Source of the DNA: Chthoniobacterales bacterium
GTDB lineage: Bacteria > Verrucomicrobiota > Verrucomicrobiia > Chthoniobacterales > Chthoniobacteraceae
Length of the DNA stretch: 64,000 nt
NCBI GenBank assembly: GCA_038207335.1
Contig: JBBQZX010000004.1
Location: 96,001-160,000, forward strand
Direction: 5' to 3'
A program made the position numbers and the translations under genes. The notes under the pieces are model-generated. The model ran no database searches. It was not told the DNA's origin and saw only the letters and a list, made by a program, of their open reading frames with translations. This document shows positions 49,360-58,410 of the stretch, one piece after another (positions within the stretch are counted from its first letter, which is position 1; the number at the start of each line of letters is the position of its first letter).

Positions 49360-50353
49360 GCGCGTGGTCGAGAATCTCAACCGCGCGCTGCACGACGTGA
49401 TGCGCGCCGACGACCGTGTCTTCTTCATCGGCGAGGACGTTCTCGATCCTTACGGCGGTGCTTTCAAGGTCGCGCACGGACTTTCCAGCGCGTTCCCCGA
49501 CCGCGTGCTCACCACCCCGATCAGCGAACTCGGAATCGCAGGCGTCGCCAACGGCCTCGCTCTGGCCGGACAGCGCCCGATCGTCGAGTTCATGTTCGGC
49601 GACTTCATCTTTCTGGCCTTCGACCAGATCGTAAATTTCGCCGCGAAATCCGTGTCGATGTACGGCGAGCCAACTGCCCATCCCCTGCTCGTGCGATGCC
49701 CTGTCGGCGGGCATCGCGGCTACGGCGCGACACACAGCCAGAGTGTGCAAAAGCATTTCATCGGCGTGCCAAATCTCGCGCTCTTTGAAATCTCACCGCT
49801 CCACGACAACCGCAAACTCCTCCCGAAGCTCACCGCCCGCGACGAGCCCGCGATCCTGTTCGAAAGCAAAACGCTCTACGCACAAACGCAATTCAACGAC
49901 GGCGATATCGACGAACTCTTCCGCTACGACTTCCTCGACGAAGCGCGGATGACCGCCCGCGCCTTTATCGAAGCCGATCCGCAGGCGCTCGTCGTCACGA
50001 CCGGCGGCATGTTCAACGCGTGCCTCGCCGCCGGACGGCAGCTCTTTTTCGAGCACGAGATCGAGACGCAAATCGTGGTGCCGTTCCAACTTTACCCGTT
50101 CTATCCCGCGCCGCTCGCAGCCCTACTTTCGACTTGCTCGACGATCTATGTCGTCGAGGAAAGCACCGCCGGCGGGACGTGGGGAGCCGAGGTCGCGGCC
50201 GTCATCGCGCGGGAGTTCCCGAGCCTGCGCACGCAGATCCGGCTCATCCATTCTGCGGACAGCATCATCCCATCGGCCCGCCATCTCGAATCCGCGACAC
50301 TCGTGCAACCGCAGGACATCGTCGCGCGCATCGCGGCAGATTCCCTCTCGTAA
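49352..50353 (+). CDS. ThDP-dependent dehydrogenase E1 beta-like subunit
   Basis: GEDVLDPYGGAFKV, TPISE, EFMFGDF, GYGATHSQ. Confidence 0.92.
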   Translation: MSERVVENLNRALHDVMRADDRVFFIGEDVLDPYGGAFKVAHGLSSAFPDRVLTTPISELGIAGVANGLALAGQRPIVEFMFGDFIFLAFDQIVNFAAKSVSMYGEPTAHPLLVRCPVGGHRGYGATHSQSVQKHFIGVPNLALFEISPLHDNRKLLPKLTARDEPAILFESKTLYAQTQFNDGDIDELFRYDFLDEARMTARAFIEADPQALVVTTGGMFNACLAAGRQLFFEHEIETQIVVPFQLYPFYPAPLAALLSTCSTIYVVEESTAGGTWGAEVAAVIAREFPSLRTQIRLIHSADSIIPSARHLESATLVQPQDIVARIAADSLS

Positions 50354-50356
50354 TCC

Positions 50357-51475
50357 ATGAGCCCGATACTCGTCCCGACCATCAACAGCAACGACTCCGA
50401 CGCGCTGCTCCTCGCATGGTCGAAAAACAACGGCGACGAAGTCTGCAAAGGCGAAACGATCGCCTTGCTCGAGACGACAAAAGCCTCCTTCGATCTCGCC
50501 GCGGAGGCGGACGGACTCCTGCACACCGTCGCACTCGAAGGCCTGCGCCATGCCTTCGGCACGAGCCTCGGCTGGCTCTTCACCGATGCCGCGGAGCGCG
50601 ACCAGTTCTTCCTCCGCCGCACCTCCAAAACGCCCGCGGAGAGCGCCGGATTCGTCATCACAAAATCCGCGCGCGACCTCATCGCGCGAAACGGCATCGA
50701 CGGCGACGCGATCCGTGCGCTCGGCAAAAGGGTCATCAAAGCCGAAGACCTCGCGCCGCTCCTGAGGCCTGTGCCCGAGCCAAAGATTAGTGCGGCATTG
50801 CTCCCGGTCAGCCCGCAGCAGCAGTCGATCGCACGTGTCGTCGCGCACTCGCACGCTGCAATCCCGGCATCGTTCATTTTGAAGAGAGTCGCGGTCGATG
50901 CTGCGCTCGACGCCGTCGCGCAATTCAGCCGCGAGGAAAAGATTCTCGCTGGATTGCCCGACCTGCTCGTCTGGATCGCAGCGCGTCTGCCGGAAACCTT
51001 TCCTTTCTTTTTCGGCGCTCTCAGAGACGAGTTGAAATTCACGCCGTCGAACTCCGGCAGCATCGGGGTGACGTTCGACGTCGGCCACGGCCTCTTCATT
51101 CCCGTGGTGAAAAAGGCGGCTTCCCTCTCACTCGGCGAGATCGCGAAAACGATGATGGGATTTCGGATGCGCGCGGCTCGAAACAGCTTCCACGCGGAGG
51201 AACTCAGCGGCGGCGATTTGACGATCAGCCTCAATATGGACGCGTGCGTGGTCTTCGTGCAGCCGATCATTCAACCGCCGCAGACGTGCATGATTTCCGT
51301 CGGCGCAGTGACGGCCGAAATCGCGCTCGATGCCGATGGGAAGATGATTTCCCGGCGATGCGTGCATCTCGGCGCGGCCTTCGATCACCGCGTCATCAAT
51401 GGCTTTCAGGCCAACGCATTCCTCAACGCAATCGCGCAGCGGCTGGAAAATCCCGAGCCTGCTGCGTGGCGATGA
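50357..51475 (+). CDS. Lipoyl-domain acyltransferase (E2-like)
   Basis: Lipoyl motif LETTKA; C-terminal 2-oxoacid dehydrogenase acyltransferase region GLFIPV...FDHRVING. Confidence 0.88.
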   Translation: MSPILVPTINSNDSDALLLAWSKNNGDEVCKGETIALLETTKASFDLAAEADGLLHTVALEGLRHAFGTSLGWLFTDAAERDQFFLRRTSKTPAESAGFVITKSARDLIARNGIDGDAIRALGKRVIKAEDLAPLLRPVPEPKISAALLPVSPQQQSIARVVAHSHAAIPASFILKRVAVDAALDAVAQFSREEKILAGLPDLLVWIAARLPETFPFFFGALRDELKFTPSNSGSIGVTFDVGHGLFIPVVKKAASLSLGEIAKTMMGFRMRAARNSFHAEELSGGDLTISLNMDACVVFVQPIIQPPQTCMISVGAVTAEIALDADGKMISRRCVHLGAAFDHRVINGFQANAFLNAIAQRLENPEPAAWR

Positions 51476-51522
51476 GCGGTGCTTGCGCGGGTCGCACGGC
51501 TATCGAAGAATCCCGCGCCTCC

Positions 51523-51756
51523 ATGCCACTCCGCCTCCTGCAAATCATCGCCCGGGTGTTTAAAACACCGCCCGAAACCGTCACCGCCGAGAGCGGACCG
51601 CACACGATCGCGGCGTGGGATTCCGCGGGACATCTGAATCTGATCCTCGAACTCGAGCGTGAATTTAGCGTGCGATTCGACGACGACGAAGTCGTGGAAT
51701 TGGTCAGCGTCCAGGCCATCGCGACCGCCTTGGAAAAACACGGCGCGCAGCTCTGA
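51523..51756 (+). CDS. Acyl carrier protein
   Basis: 77-aa acidic protein with WDSAGH phosphopantetheine-Ser motif and LEREFSVRF. Confidence 0.9.
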   Translation: MPLRLLQIIARVFKTPPETVTAESGPHTIAAWDSAGHLNLILELEREFSVRFDDDEVVELVSVQAIATALEKHGAQL

Positions 51757-51760
51757 ATCG

Positions 51761-52693
51761 ATGGCGCCGCGCATCGAGTGGCCAGACGGAAAGCGGTTTG
51801 CGTTCTCCATTTTCGACGACGCGGACTACGACCGATTGACCAACACGCGCCCGATCTACGACTTCCTCGCCAGCCTCGGAATCCTCACGACAAAGTCCGT
51901 TTGGACGCTCGCGGCGCAGCACGACGCAAGGCTCGGCGGCATGAGTACGGAGTCGGCAGACTATCTCGAATGGGCGCAGTCGCTCCAGCGCGCTGGCTTT
52001 GAAATCGGCTTCCACGGCGCGCGCTGCCACAGCTCCGAGCGTAAGGAAACGCGGCTCGGGCTCGACCGCTTTCGCGAGCAGTTCGGCGGTGACCCGCGGA
52101 GCATGTCGAATCATTTTCAAAACGCCGATTCCATCTATTGGGGTGCCGCTCGCCTTACTGGCGCGGCGCGGCTCATTTATCGCACCGCAAATTTCCACAG
52201 CCGATTGCGATGCGAAGGGCATGTCGAAGGCAGCACATTTTTCTGGGGCGACCTGTGCCGCGAGCGGATCAGATACGTGCGAAATTTTGTCTTCCGAGAT
52301 ATCGACACGCTCGCGACGTGTCCGTGGATGCCATACCGCGACGCCGCCTTCCCGTTTGTGAACGCGTGGTTTGCCTCGGCCGAGGGCGGCGACATCAATT
52401 CGTTCAACGCGATGCTGCGCGAAGAAAACCAAGACCGCCTCGCGGCGCAGGGCGGCGCGTGCATCATGTACACGCACTTCGCGAAAGGCTTTTCCACCGA
52501 TGGAAATCTGAATCCACGTTTCGTCGAACTGATGCAGCGGCTCTCGAAACTCGGCGGCTGGTGCGTGCCAGTCGGCACGCTGCTCGATTTTCTCGCGGTT
52601 AAAAATGGCGGCATTCACGACCTCACGAGCGCCGAGCGGAGTCGTCTGCAATGGCGCTGGCTCGCGACCAAGCTGCTCCACGGCTCCTCCTGA
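51761..52693 (+). CDS. Polysaccharide-deacetylase-like protein
   Basis: WPDGKRFAFSIFDDAD and GFEIGFHG resemble NodB/CE4-type motifs; also YTHF. Confidence 0.7.
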   Translation: MAPRIEWPDGKRFAFSIFDDADYDRLTNTRPIYDFLASLGILTTKSVWTLAAQHDARLGGMSTESADYLEWAQSLQRAGFEIGFHGARCHSSERKETRLGLDRFREQFGGDPRSMSNHFQNADSIYWGAARLTGAARLIYRTANFHSRLRCEGHVEGSTFFWGDLCRERIRYVRNFVFRDIDTLATCPWMPYRDAAFPFVNAWFASAEGGDINSFNAMLREENQDRLAAQGGACIMYTHFAKGFSTDGNLNPRFVELMQRLSKLGGWCVPVGTLLDFLAVKNGGIHDLTSAERSRLQWRWLATKLLHGSS

Positions 52694-52708
52694 ATCGCCG
52701 CACCGTCG

Positions 52709-53956
52709 ATGCCACTCGAAATTGTCCCGTATCAGCCGCAGCACGAGGCTGCCGTCGCGGAGTTCAACGCCCGAGCCCGCGCCCACGACGCGCCGTTCAC
52801 CCTCAGCAAAACACCGCAATCGGAATGGCTGCCGAACATCCCGGGCCGCGCAGTCCGCCGGGAGTTTTTCCTCGCGCTCGACGGATGCGCAGTGCGTGGC
52901 GGCTTCACGCTGCGACGACAGGAGTTCCTATTACGCGGCAAAATCGCCGAGATCGCGAATTATCAGGGGCCGCTGTCGGAAGGCATTTGGGACCGCCGCT
53001 TCATGATGGTTGGCGTGCAGATGCTGCGTGCGGCGCTCCGCGATCAGCCGCTGCTCTACGCCCTCGGCATGGGCGGTCCCGCACAACCGCTGCCGCGGCT
53101 TTTAAGCATGTCGGGCTGGTCGATGACCCTCGTGCCATTCCATTTCAAAGTTCTGCGGGCTGCGGCATTTCTGCGCAATATCCAGCCGCTCCGCACGACT
53201 CCGTGGCGGGCGCGGCTGCTGGATTTCGCCTCGGCAATGGGCGCGGGCGAGGCGATTCGCGCGTGGCAATGGCATCGCAGCGCCACCCCGTGCGCGCGCC
53301 AACTTAACTTCAGCGCGCCGACCGGAGCGGCCAAAATAAATCGCACACGGCCATGGTTTCGCAGCGCCGATTCGCAGCGTTTGAAGGACTGCACCTGCAC
53401 AGCCGTTTCGGAGTTCGGTGCGTGGGCTGAGGAGGTGTGGAAAAATGCGCGCCTCGCTTCCATCGCCGCGCCGGAGCCTGACCCGTTGTCCCTGACGGCG
53501 TGGGAGCCATGTCATTTTGGTGCAGTTCGCGATCGAACAGCGCAGAACGTTTTGTTCGGTGATGGCAATCCAGCGAATATCATCCTGCGCTGCCTGGACG
53601 CTGGGGCGGATATCGGGTGGGCGGTGGTGCGCTCGACGCAGATGCGCGGCGATCAATATTTCGGCAACATGCGGCTCGGCTCGATCGTCGATTGCCTCGC
53701 GGTGCCGGATCAGGAATATGCAGTGATCGCGCTGGCGACGGAGCATCTGCGCGGTCTCGCCAGCGACCTCATCGTTAGCAATCAAATGCACTCCGAATGG
53801 CGGCAAGGTCTCCGGTTCAATGGCTTTCTCGATGCTCGCTCGAATTTCCTTTTCGCCACCTCCCCGGCGCTCACCGCGGCCTTGGGCGGTGAGGATTACC
53901 CGCCCGCGAGCATCCACATCAACCGCGCGGATGGCGATGGGCCGATCCATCTCTGA
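52709..53956 (+). CDS. GNAT/FemAB-like acyltransferase-fold hypothetical protein
   Basis: Two-lobed GNAT-like pattern (VAEFN.R...GPLSEG...; ...VW...AVRD...GWAV...GSIVD); fold inferred by eye. Confidence 0.55.
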   Translation: MPLEIVPYQPQHEAAVAEFNARARAHDAPFTLSKTPQSEWLPNIPGRAVRREFFLALDGCAVRGGFTLRRQEFLLRGKIAEIANYQGPLSEGIWDRRFMMVGVQMLRAALRDQPLLYALGMGGPAQPLPRLLSMSGWSMTLVPFHFKVLRAAAFLRNIQPLRTTPWRARLLDFASAMGAGEAIRAWQWHRSATPCARQLNFSAPTGAAKINRTRPWFRSADSQRLKDCTCTAVSEFGAWAEEVWKNARLASIAAPEPDPLSLTAWEPCHFGAVRDRTAQNVLFGDGNPANIILRCLDAGADIGWAVVRSTQMRGDQYFGNMRLGSIVDCLAVPDQEYAVIALATEHLRGLASDLIVSNQMHSEWRQGLRFNGFLDARSNFLFATSPALTAALGGEDYPPASIHINRADGDGPIHL

Positions 53957-54008
53957 ATTTCCCGAGCACCCGCTTGAACGCCAAAAGGCGTTTGCTAGTC
54001 TCCGCCGC

Positions 54009-55040
54009 GTGTCATTTCTCCGCCTGCTGCTTTTTGGCCTGATTTTCGCGAAAGCAGCCGTCGCCTTCGCCCAGCAGGCACCGCCTTTGAGCGATGAGGA
54101 AAAGCGCCGCACTTTCCTCAGAGCCCGCGAGGAAATGCACACAATCCCGCTGACTCCGCGTCCCGACGCGATGCCGGCTCCGAAGCCGAAACCAAAGCCT
54201 GCCCGGCCAAAGCCCGAACCGGAGCCCAAGCCCCCGACTCCCAAGCCAAAACCCGAGCCGGAGCCCGAACCGGAACCGAAGCCAAAGCCCGCGAAGCCTG
54301 AGCCAGAGCCTGTTCCGAAGCCAAAGCCGACTCCGCGGGCGACACCGGAACCCACGCCGCGGCCCAAGCCCGAGCCGCCCGCGAAGCCGCTCGAGACACC
54401 GCAAAAGCCGAAGCCCGCGCCCGTGACTCCGGCACCGCGCACCGCCCCGGCTGCTCCGATCACCATCGAGAAATCCGGCCTCGAAGAATCCACGGGACTG
54501 GAGCCCGCGGAAAAGTCGGGTTGGTTCAGTCGCTGGGATTATCTCTCGAAATCGGTTCGGCGCGCGATCGACAAAGCGCCCGTGCAGTCGCGGCGCTGGC
54601 GTTACATCGTCGTCCACAACAGCGGCACGCGGCAGGGAAATGCGAAGGCATTCGAGTATTACCACCTGCATGTGCGCAAGATGCCGAACGGCCTCGCTTA
54701 TCATTTCGTCATCGGCAACGGCACCTCCTCCGGCGACGGCGAAATCGAGATCGGCAATCGCTGGGCACGCCAGATCAATGGCGGCCACGTCCACAGCGAC
54801 TATCTCAACAACATCGCGCTCGGCATCTGCCTCGTCGGCGATTTCAACCGCGACAAACCGACCAAGCGCCAGCTCGAAGCGCTCGACGAACTCATCCGAT
54901 ACCTCCGCGGACGCGTCGGCAAAATCGACCGCAAATACGCGATCGTAAAAGCCCATCGCGAAATCAATCCGCCGCGCTGGCCGACCGACTGCCCCGGCAG
55001 CAAATTCCCCTACTCCTGGCTCCACAAAAAATTCGACTGA
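54009..55040 (+). CDS. N-acetylmuramoyl-L-alanine amidase (Amidase_2) with Pro-rich linker
   Basis: Signal peptide; [37 protein letters not shown]. Confidence 0.9.
   Translation: MSFLRLLLFGLIFAKAAVAFAQQAPPLSDEEKRRTFLRAREEMHTIPLTPRPDAMPAPKPKPKPARPKPEPEPKPPTPKPKPEPEPEPEPKPKPAKPEPEPVPKPKPTPRATPEPTPRPKPEPPAKPLETPQKPKPAPVTPAPRTAPAAPITIEKSGLEESTGLEPAEKSGWFSRWDYLSKSVRRAIDKAPVQSRRWRYIVVHNSGTRQGNAKAFEYYHLHVRKMPNGLAYHFVIGNGTSSGDGEIEIGNRWARQINGGHVHSDYLNNIALGICLVGDFNRDKPTKRQLEALDELIRYLRGRVGKIDRKYAIVKAHREINPPRWPTDCPGSKFPYSWLHKKFD
54175..54460 (+). repeat. Low-complexity (PK/PE)n coding repeat
   Basis: Encodes [18 protein letters not shown]...[13 protein letters not shown] in the amidase linker. Confidence 0.85.
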
Positions 55041-55105
55041 GCTCGATCGCCGCTGCGCAGAGATCGGTTGGCCGATGAGGTTTTTCCGCTCAACCACACG
55101 CGACC

Positions 55106-55693
55106 ATGAAAGACTTCTGCCTCATCCTCCTCGCCGTGCTCTCACTGCGCGCGGCGGAATCCACTTCGTTTCCCTCCCCCGATGGCCGGTTCGCCGTGCG
55201 GACGACGGACGCGGCGGATCAGTCGTTCAGGAATATCATCGAGGTGAAAAGCGGGCGCGCTTTGGTGGAGCTGAACGGCCCATTCCGGGCGAAAACCGAT
55301 CCGGTGCTTTGGTCCGCGAATTCGCGCTGGGTCGCCTACGCAAACCACGGCGGGCGCGTGGCCGACACATCCGTGCTGTTTTGGGATGGCACTGAATTCA
55401 CGGAGGTCGAGCTGCCCCCGATGATCGATCCCGAGCTCAAGTTTCCGCCGACAAAGCCGCGTGGCACAGAGGTGGAGACCCTCCGAAGCTATGCCTCGCA
55501 AAAGCCATTGCGCTGGCTGAAATCCGGCGCGCTCGTGATCGAGAGCGTCGTCGAAGTTTACCGACTCGAACCCGGCGAGAAATACGTGAACTACTCCCGC
55601 CGCAGCGTCTTCATTGTGGGCTTCGGCAAAAAGCAGCGAGCCTCCGTGCTCGATGTCGCGCGGGAGAAGCAAAAGACGGAGGTCACGAAATGA
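55106..55693 (+). CDS. Secreted hypothetical protein
   Basis: Signal peptide; SPDGRFAV and WSANSRWVAY (TolB/PD40-like strands). Confidence 0.7.
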   Translation: MKDFCLILLAVLSLRAAESTSFPSPDGRFAVRTTDAADQSFRNIIEVKSGRALVELNGPFRAKTDPVLWSANSRWVAYANHGGRVADTSVLFWDGTEFTEVELPPMIDPELKFPPTKPRGTEVETLRSYASQKPLRWLKSGALVIESVVEVYRLEPGEKYVNYSRRSVFIVGFGKKQRASVLDVAREKQKTEVTK

Positions 55694-55830
55694 AAACGGT
55701 CTGTCACCAGACCTCCGCTGATGAACGGCGGGAAGTGTTTGCGGCAATTCTCAACTTGGCACCAGATTGATCCCCTCCCGTCTAGCTCAAAACTGCCACA
55801 AATTGCGGACAACGCGTCGAGGTGCAACAG

Positions 55831-56220
55831 TTATGCGGCGCGGGATTTGGAAGTAACGCCATAAGCGATGGAATAAGTAATCAAGGCGGCCGCAGACGCC
55901 CATGCGCCGGCAATCGCGAAAGAAACGGGGCCTTGGAGGCGTCCGACGACGTAGTGTGGCGAGTCGAATACGCCTCCGTCGAGAAACTCTCGGACGCGGA
56001 GCACGGCCAGTAAGCTGGTGCAGACGAAAGGACCGAGTGCGAGAACGAAACCCGCCGAGAAGAACGGAGGTCGGAACGGGCGCCGCCGCAGGACAAGAAA
56101 GAAGACGCAGACAAACGAAGTCAATGCGCCGAGCGTCAGCGACAACTGGACGGGAGCAAATGAGAACAGCCAATTCCCCAGAGAATCGTAAACCATCATT
56201 GCTGGGGGAAGGAAGAGCAC
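55831..56220 (-). CDS. Cassette-borne small membrane protein
   Basis: Three hydrophobic segments; the stop TAA lies inside GCATAAC (R''-like); start uncertain. Confidence 0.65.
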   Translation of the reverse strand: MLFLPPAMMVYDSLGNWLFSFAPVQLSLTLGALTSFVCVFFLVLRRRPFRPPFFSAGFVLALGPFVCTSLLAVLRVREFLDGGVFDSPHYVVGRLQGPVSFAIAGAWASAAALITYSIAYGVTSKSRAA

Positions 56221-56277
56221 GATTGGAAGCGGTTTGCAGGTTCGTGATTCGCGTTACGTCAGAGTGTGCGTAGCATC

Positions 56278-56401
56278 GCCTAACGCCCCCAAGCTCAGCG
56301 ATCGCGGAGTGCGGCGCGGCACCTGCATGGCGGGCGGAAAGGCGGCTGCGGAAGCAGGTTCCGTGACAGCCGGAGCAGTTCGTTGCAATGCATGGTTGGG
56401 C
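56278..56401 (-). repeat. attC site (intact, 124 bp)
   Basis: Minus strand: GCCCAAC CATGCATTGCAACGAAC...GATCGCTGAGCTTGGGGGC GTTAGGC, matching RYYYAAC...GTTRRRY. Confidence 0.88.
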
Positions 56402-56408
56402 GTTGCGG

Positions 56409-56849
56409 TCATTTGGGCAAATTACGCTTCTGGAGAAAGGCCCTGGTATGACCCTCAGGATAGTCCTCCAGGCGGCCGAACACCGAATAGCCAAGACGCT
56501 CATAGAAAGGGATTGCCTGAAAGCTGAAGGTGTCCACATGCGCGTGGTCGCAGCCGCGAATCCGTGCCTCTCGCTCAGCCGCTAGCATGAGCTGCCGACC
56601 CAAGCCCTGATGACGGAGCGACTCGGCGACCCAGAGATAGCGGATATGGAGCCAGTTCCAAAGCGTGAATCCGTATAGTCCAGCCACGATCTCCGTGTCG
56701 CGTCGTGCAAAGACCGCCAGCTCGCGAGTGGATGACGAGCCGGCCTGAGCCTCGTTGAAGCCATCGAGCTGCCGATAGAGGAATTTGGTGTCCTCGGCGG
56801 CAGGACTGTCGGAGGTATGGACTTCGATGCCGTTCATTTCTGTGAGCAC
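56409..56849 (-). CDS. Cassette-borne GNAT N-acetyltransferase
   Basis: LWVAESLRHQGLGRQLM, DTFSFQAIPFYERLGY. Confidence 0.9.
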   Translation of the reverse strand: MLTEMNGIEVHTSDSPAAEDTKFLYRQLDGFNEAQAGSSSTRELAVFARRDTEIVAGLYGFTLWNWLHIRYLWVAESLRHQGLGRQLMLAAEREARIRGCDHAHVDTFSFQAIPFYERLGYSVFGRLEDYPEGHTRAFLQKRNLPK

Positions 56850-56857
56850 TTAGCTGC

Positions 56858-57001
56858 GTCTAACCACCCCAAGCTGAGCGATGCGGAGCGCGGCGGGCTG
56901 GCTGCGGAAGGCGGCTGGGGAAGGATGGGCGAAGGCGGCGAGACGGTCCGGCAGCAGCCGACGTGACGCACGGAGCGGTTCGCAGCAGCGCTTGGTTTGG
57001 C
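56858..57001 (-). repeat. attC site (near-intact, 144 bp)
   Basis: Minus strand: GCCAAAC CAAGCGCTGCTGCGAACCGCTCCG...CATCGCTCAGCTTGGGGTG GTTAGAC. Confidence 0.85.
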
Positions 57002-57016
57002 GATGCGGTTGCCACG

Positions 57017-57547
57017 CTATAAATCCCGTGCGGCAGCCTTTCCAGGCTGGTTTGCGGGAGATTTGTCTTTATATCGGATCGTCAGGCTATTCGGAATTCG
57101 GACGTCGCAGACAATCCCCCATTTTCCGGTGGTTTGGGAATACTCCCAGTAGGTGGCGCGATGTTCGGAGCCCTCCCTCTCTTCGCGTCCGGCCTTTCGA
57201 TACTTCGCCGTAATGAGTTTGCGGATGTCCTCGTATTGGCGAAGGGCATCCGACGGCGTGAGTCGAATAGACGCCTCCGAAAATTTACCGGCAGTAAACA
57301 ACAACTCCCATTTTTCGGTGGGCTGTTCGGCGAAACTCCCGCCGGCAAAATTGAGCTTGCCGTTCGTTTCGGAAACCAAGGTAACTCCGGGCCGGGCGAG
57401 CATGGCTTTCTTCGCGTCGTCGAGTGAACTACCCCACTCCACATCCGCCACACCGCTTGGACGGGTTGCTGGTGGGTCTAACGGTGCTCCGATAGAGGAC
57501 GCGGAAAGTAGTGCGATGACCGTTGCGATGATGAGTGGGGATTGCAT
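57017..57547 (-). CDS. Cassette-borne secreted hypothetical protein
   Basis: Signal peptide MQSPLIIATVIALLSASSIGA from ATG 57547; bounded by attC sites. Confidence 0.7.
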   Translation of the reverse strand: MQSPLIIATVIALLSASSIGAPLDPPATRPSGVADVEWGSSLDDAKKAMLARPGVTLVSETNGKLNFAGGSFAEQPTEKWELLFTAGKFSEASIRLTPSDALRQYEDIRKLITAKYRKAGREEREGSEHRATYWEYSQTTGKWGIVCDVRIPNSLTIRYKDKSPANQPGKAAARDL

Positions 57548-57591
57548 TTGTGGATTTTGGGAGTTGAGGATTATGGAATGCGCGTAGCGAC

Positions 57592-57687
57592 GCCATACGA
57601 CCCCAAGCTCAGCCACTGTGGAAAGGCGACGGAGGCGGGTCTGCGGGCGGGAGCACAGGCTGTGATGCCCGGAACAGTTCGTTAGTC
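57592..57687 (-). repeat. attC site (degenerate)
   Basis: Minus strand: GACTAAC GAACTGTTCCGG...GGCTGAGCTTGGGGTC GTATGGC; the segment after AAC is missing relative to the other copies and GTT reads GTA. Confidence 0.75.
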
Positions 57688-58343
57688 GCTTCCGGCCTTT
57701 TTGCGTTGAGCACATAAGTTCTGTGGACGTGAAGATGGTAGTGAGTCTCGGGGCGTTGATAAGCGAGGCGAAGCGGAATCGTGACGTCAACCTTGAGCGT
57801 TATTGTCGTGCGGGACACTGACTCAACTGTGGCCGTGCCGACTCTGACAGAACGCCGGGGCTGCACCACTGGAATGTCGTAGCCAGTCATTCCATCGACG
57901 GCGAGTTCGCCGACGGCGGCGTTGGAGTAATCGCCCCAAGAAGGTTCATGGCGAGTGAAGGTTCGTTGAGATGCAGCCGTCCGCAACGGAATGATCTGAC
58001 CGACATCTAACCGCTCCGGCAGCAAGAACTGAATCTGGTAATACTGTGGATGAGCCGAGGTGTGCTCGATGACGGAGCCCTCGTCGAGTGTGACTGCCGT
58101 ATCGTGTCCGGGGATGGCGCCGTGACCGACCCAACGCCCGTCGATGTCATTGAGTTCGAGCGATGCATGCGGGTAAAAATGAAAGTCGGCCCATGTTCGT
58201 AGATGTGGCTTCTGACTGCCGGAGTAAGTCAGCGCGGCTGGTGGACGCGGTGCCGGAGTAAGCCGCTCATCATCGAGGCGTGTGACGCACGATGCTAACG
58301 GTAATGCCGCTGCTGCTAAAAGTGTGATGCGAAAGCCGTTCAT
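57609..58343 (-). CDS. Cassette-borne hypothetical lipoprotein
   Basis: Lipobox LPLASC; the frame reads through the degenerate attC to the TGA in GCTGAG. Confidence 0.7.
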   Translation of the reverse strand: MNGFRITLLAAAALPLASCVTRLDDERLTPAPRPPAALTYSGSQKPHLRTWADFHFYPHASLELNDIDGRWVGHGAIPGHDTAVTLDEGSVIEHTSAHPQYYQIQFLLPERLDVGQIIPLRTAASQRTFTRHEPSWGDYSNAAVGELAVDGMTGYDIPVVQPRRSVRVGTATVESVSRTTITLKVDVTIPLRLAYQRPETHYHLHVHRTYVLNAKRPEATNELFRASQPVLPPADPPPSPFHSG

Positions 58344-58361
58344 TTCAGGATGCGCAAGGAA

Positions 58362-58410
58362 GCGCCGACCCCAAGCTCAGCGACGGCGGCGCGTGACAAA
58401 CCGGGGGGAT
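58362..58410 (-). repeat. attC remnant (right arm only)
   Basis: Minus strand: TGTCACGCGCCGCCGTCGCTGAGCTTGGGGTCGGCG; the GTTRRRY core lacks four bases. Confidence 0.7.

Larger units (their letters stand above)
55831..58410 (-). mobile_element. Integron gene-cassette array lacking an integrase in the window (CALIN-like), four cassettes
   Basis: Four co-oriented short genes, each preceded on the minus strand by a copy of GCT(G/C)AGCTTGGGG; two copies are complete attC sites. Confidence 0.85.

Noticed and set aside
53102..54493. Gly/Phe-rich minus-strand ORF (GFGFGSG...)
   Set aside because: Reverse reading of the Pro/Lys/Glu linker of the amidase
57548..57790. N-terminal extension of ORF 57017..57790
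   Set aside because: Runs through an attC site and overlaps the upstream cassette gene; the signal peptide begins at ATG 57547
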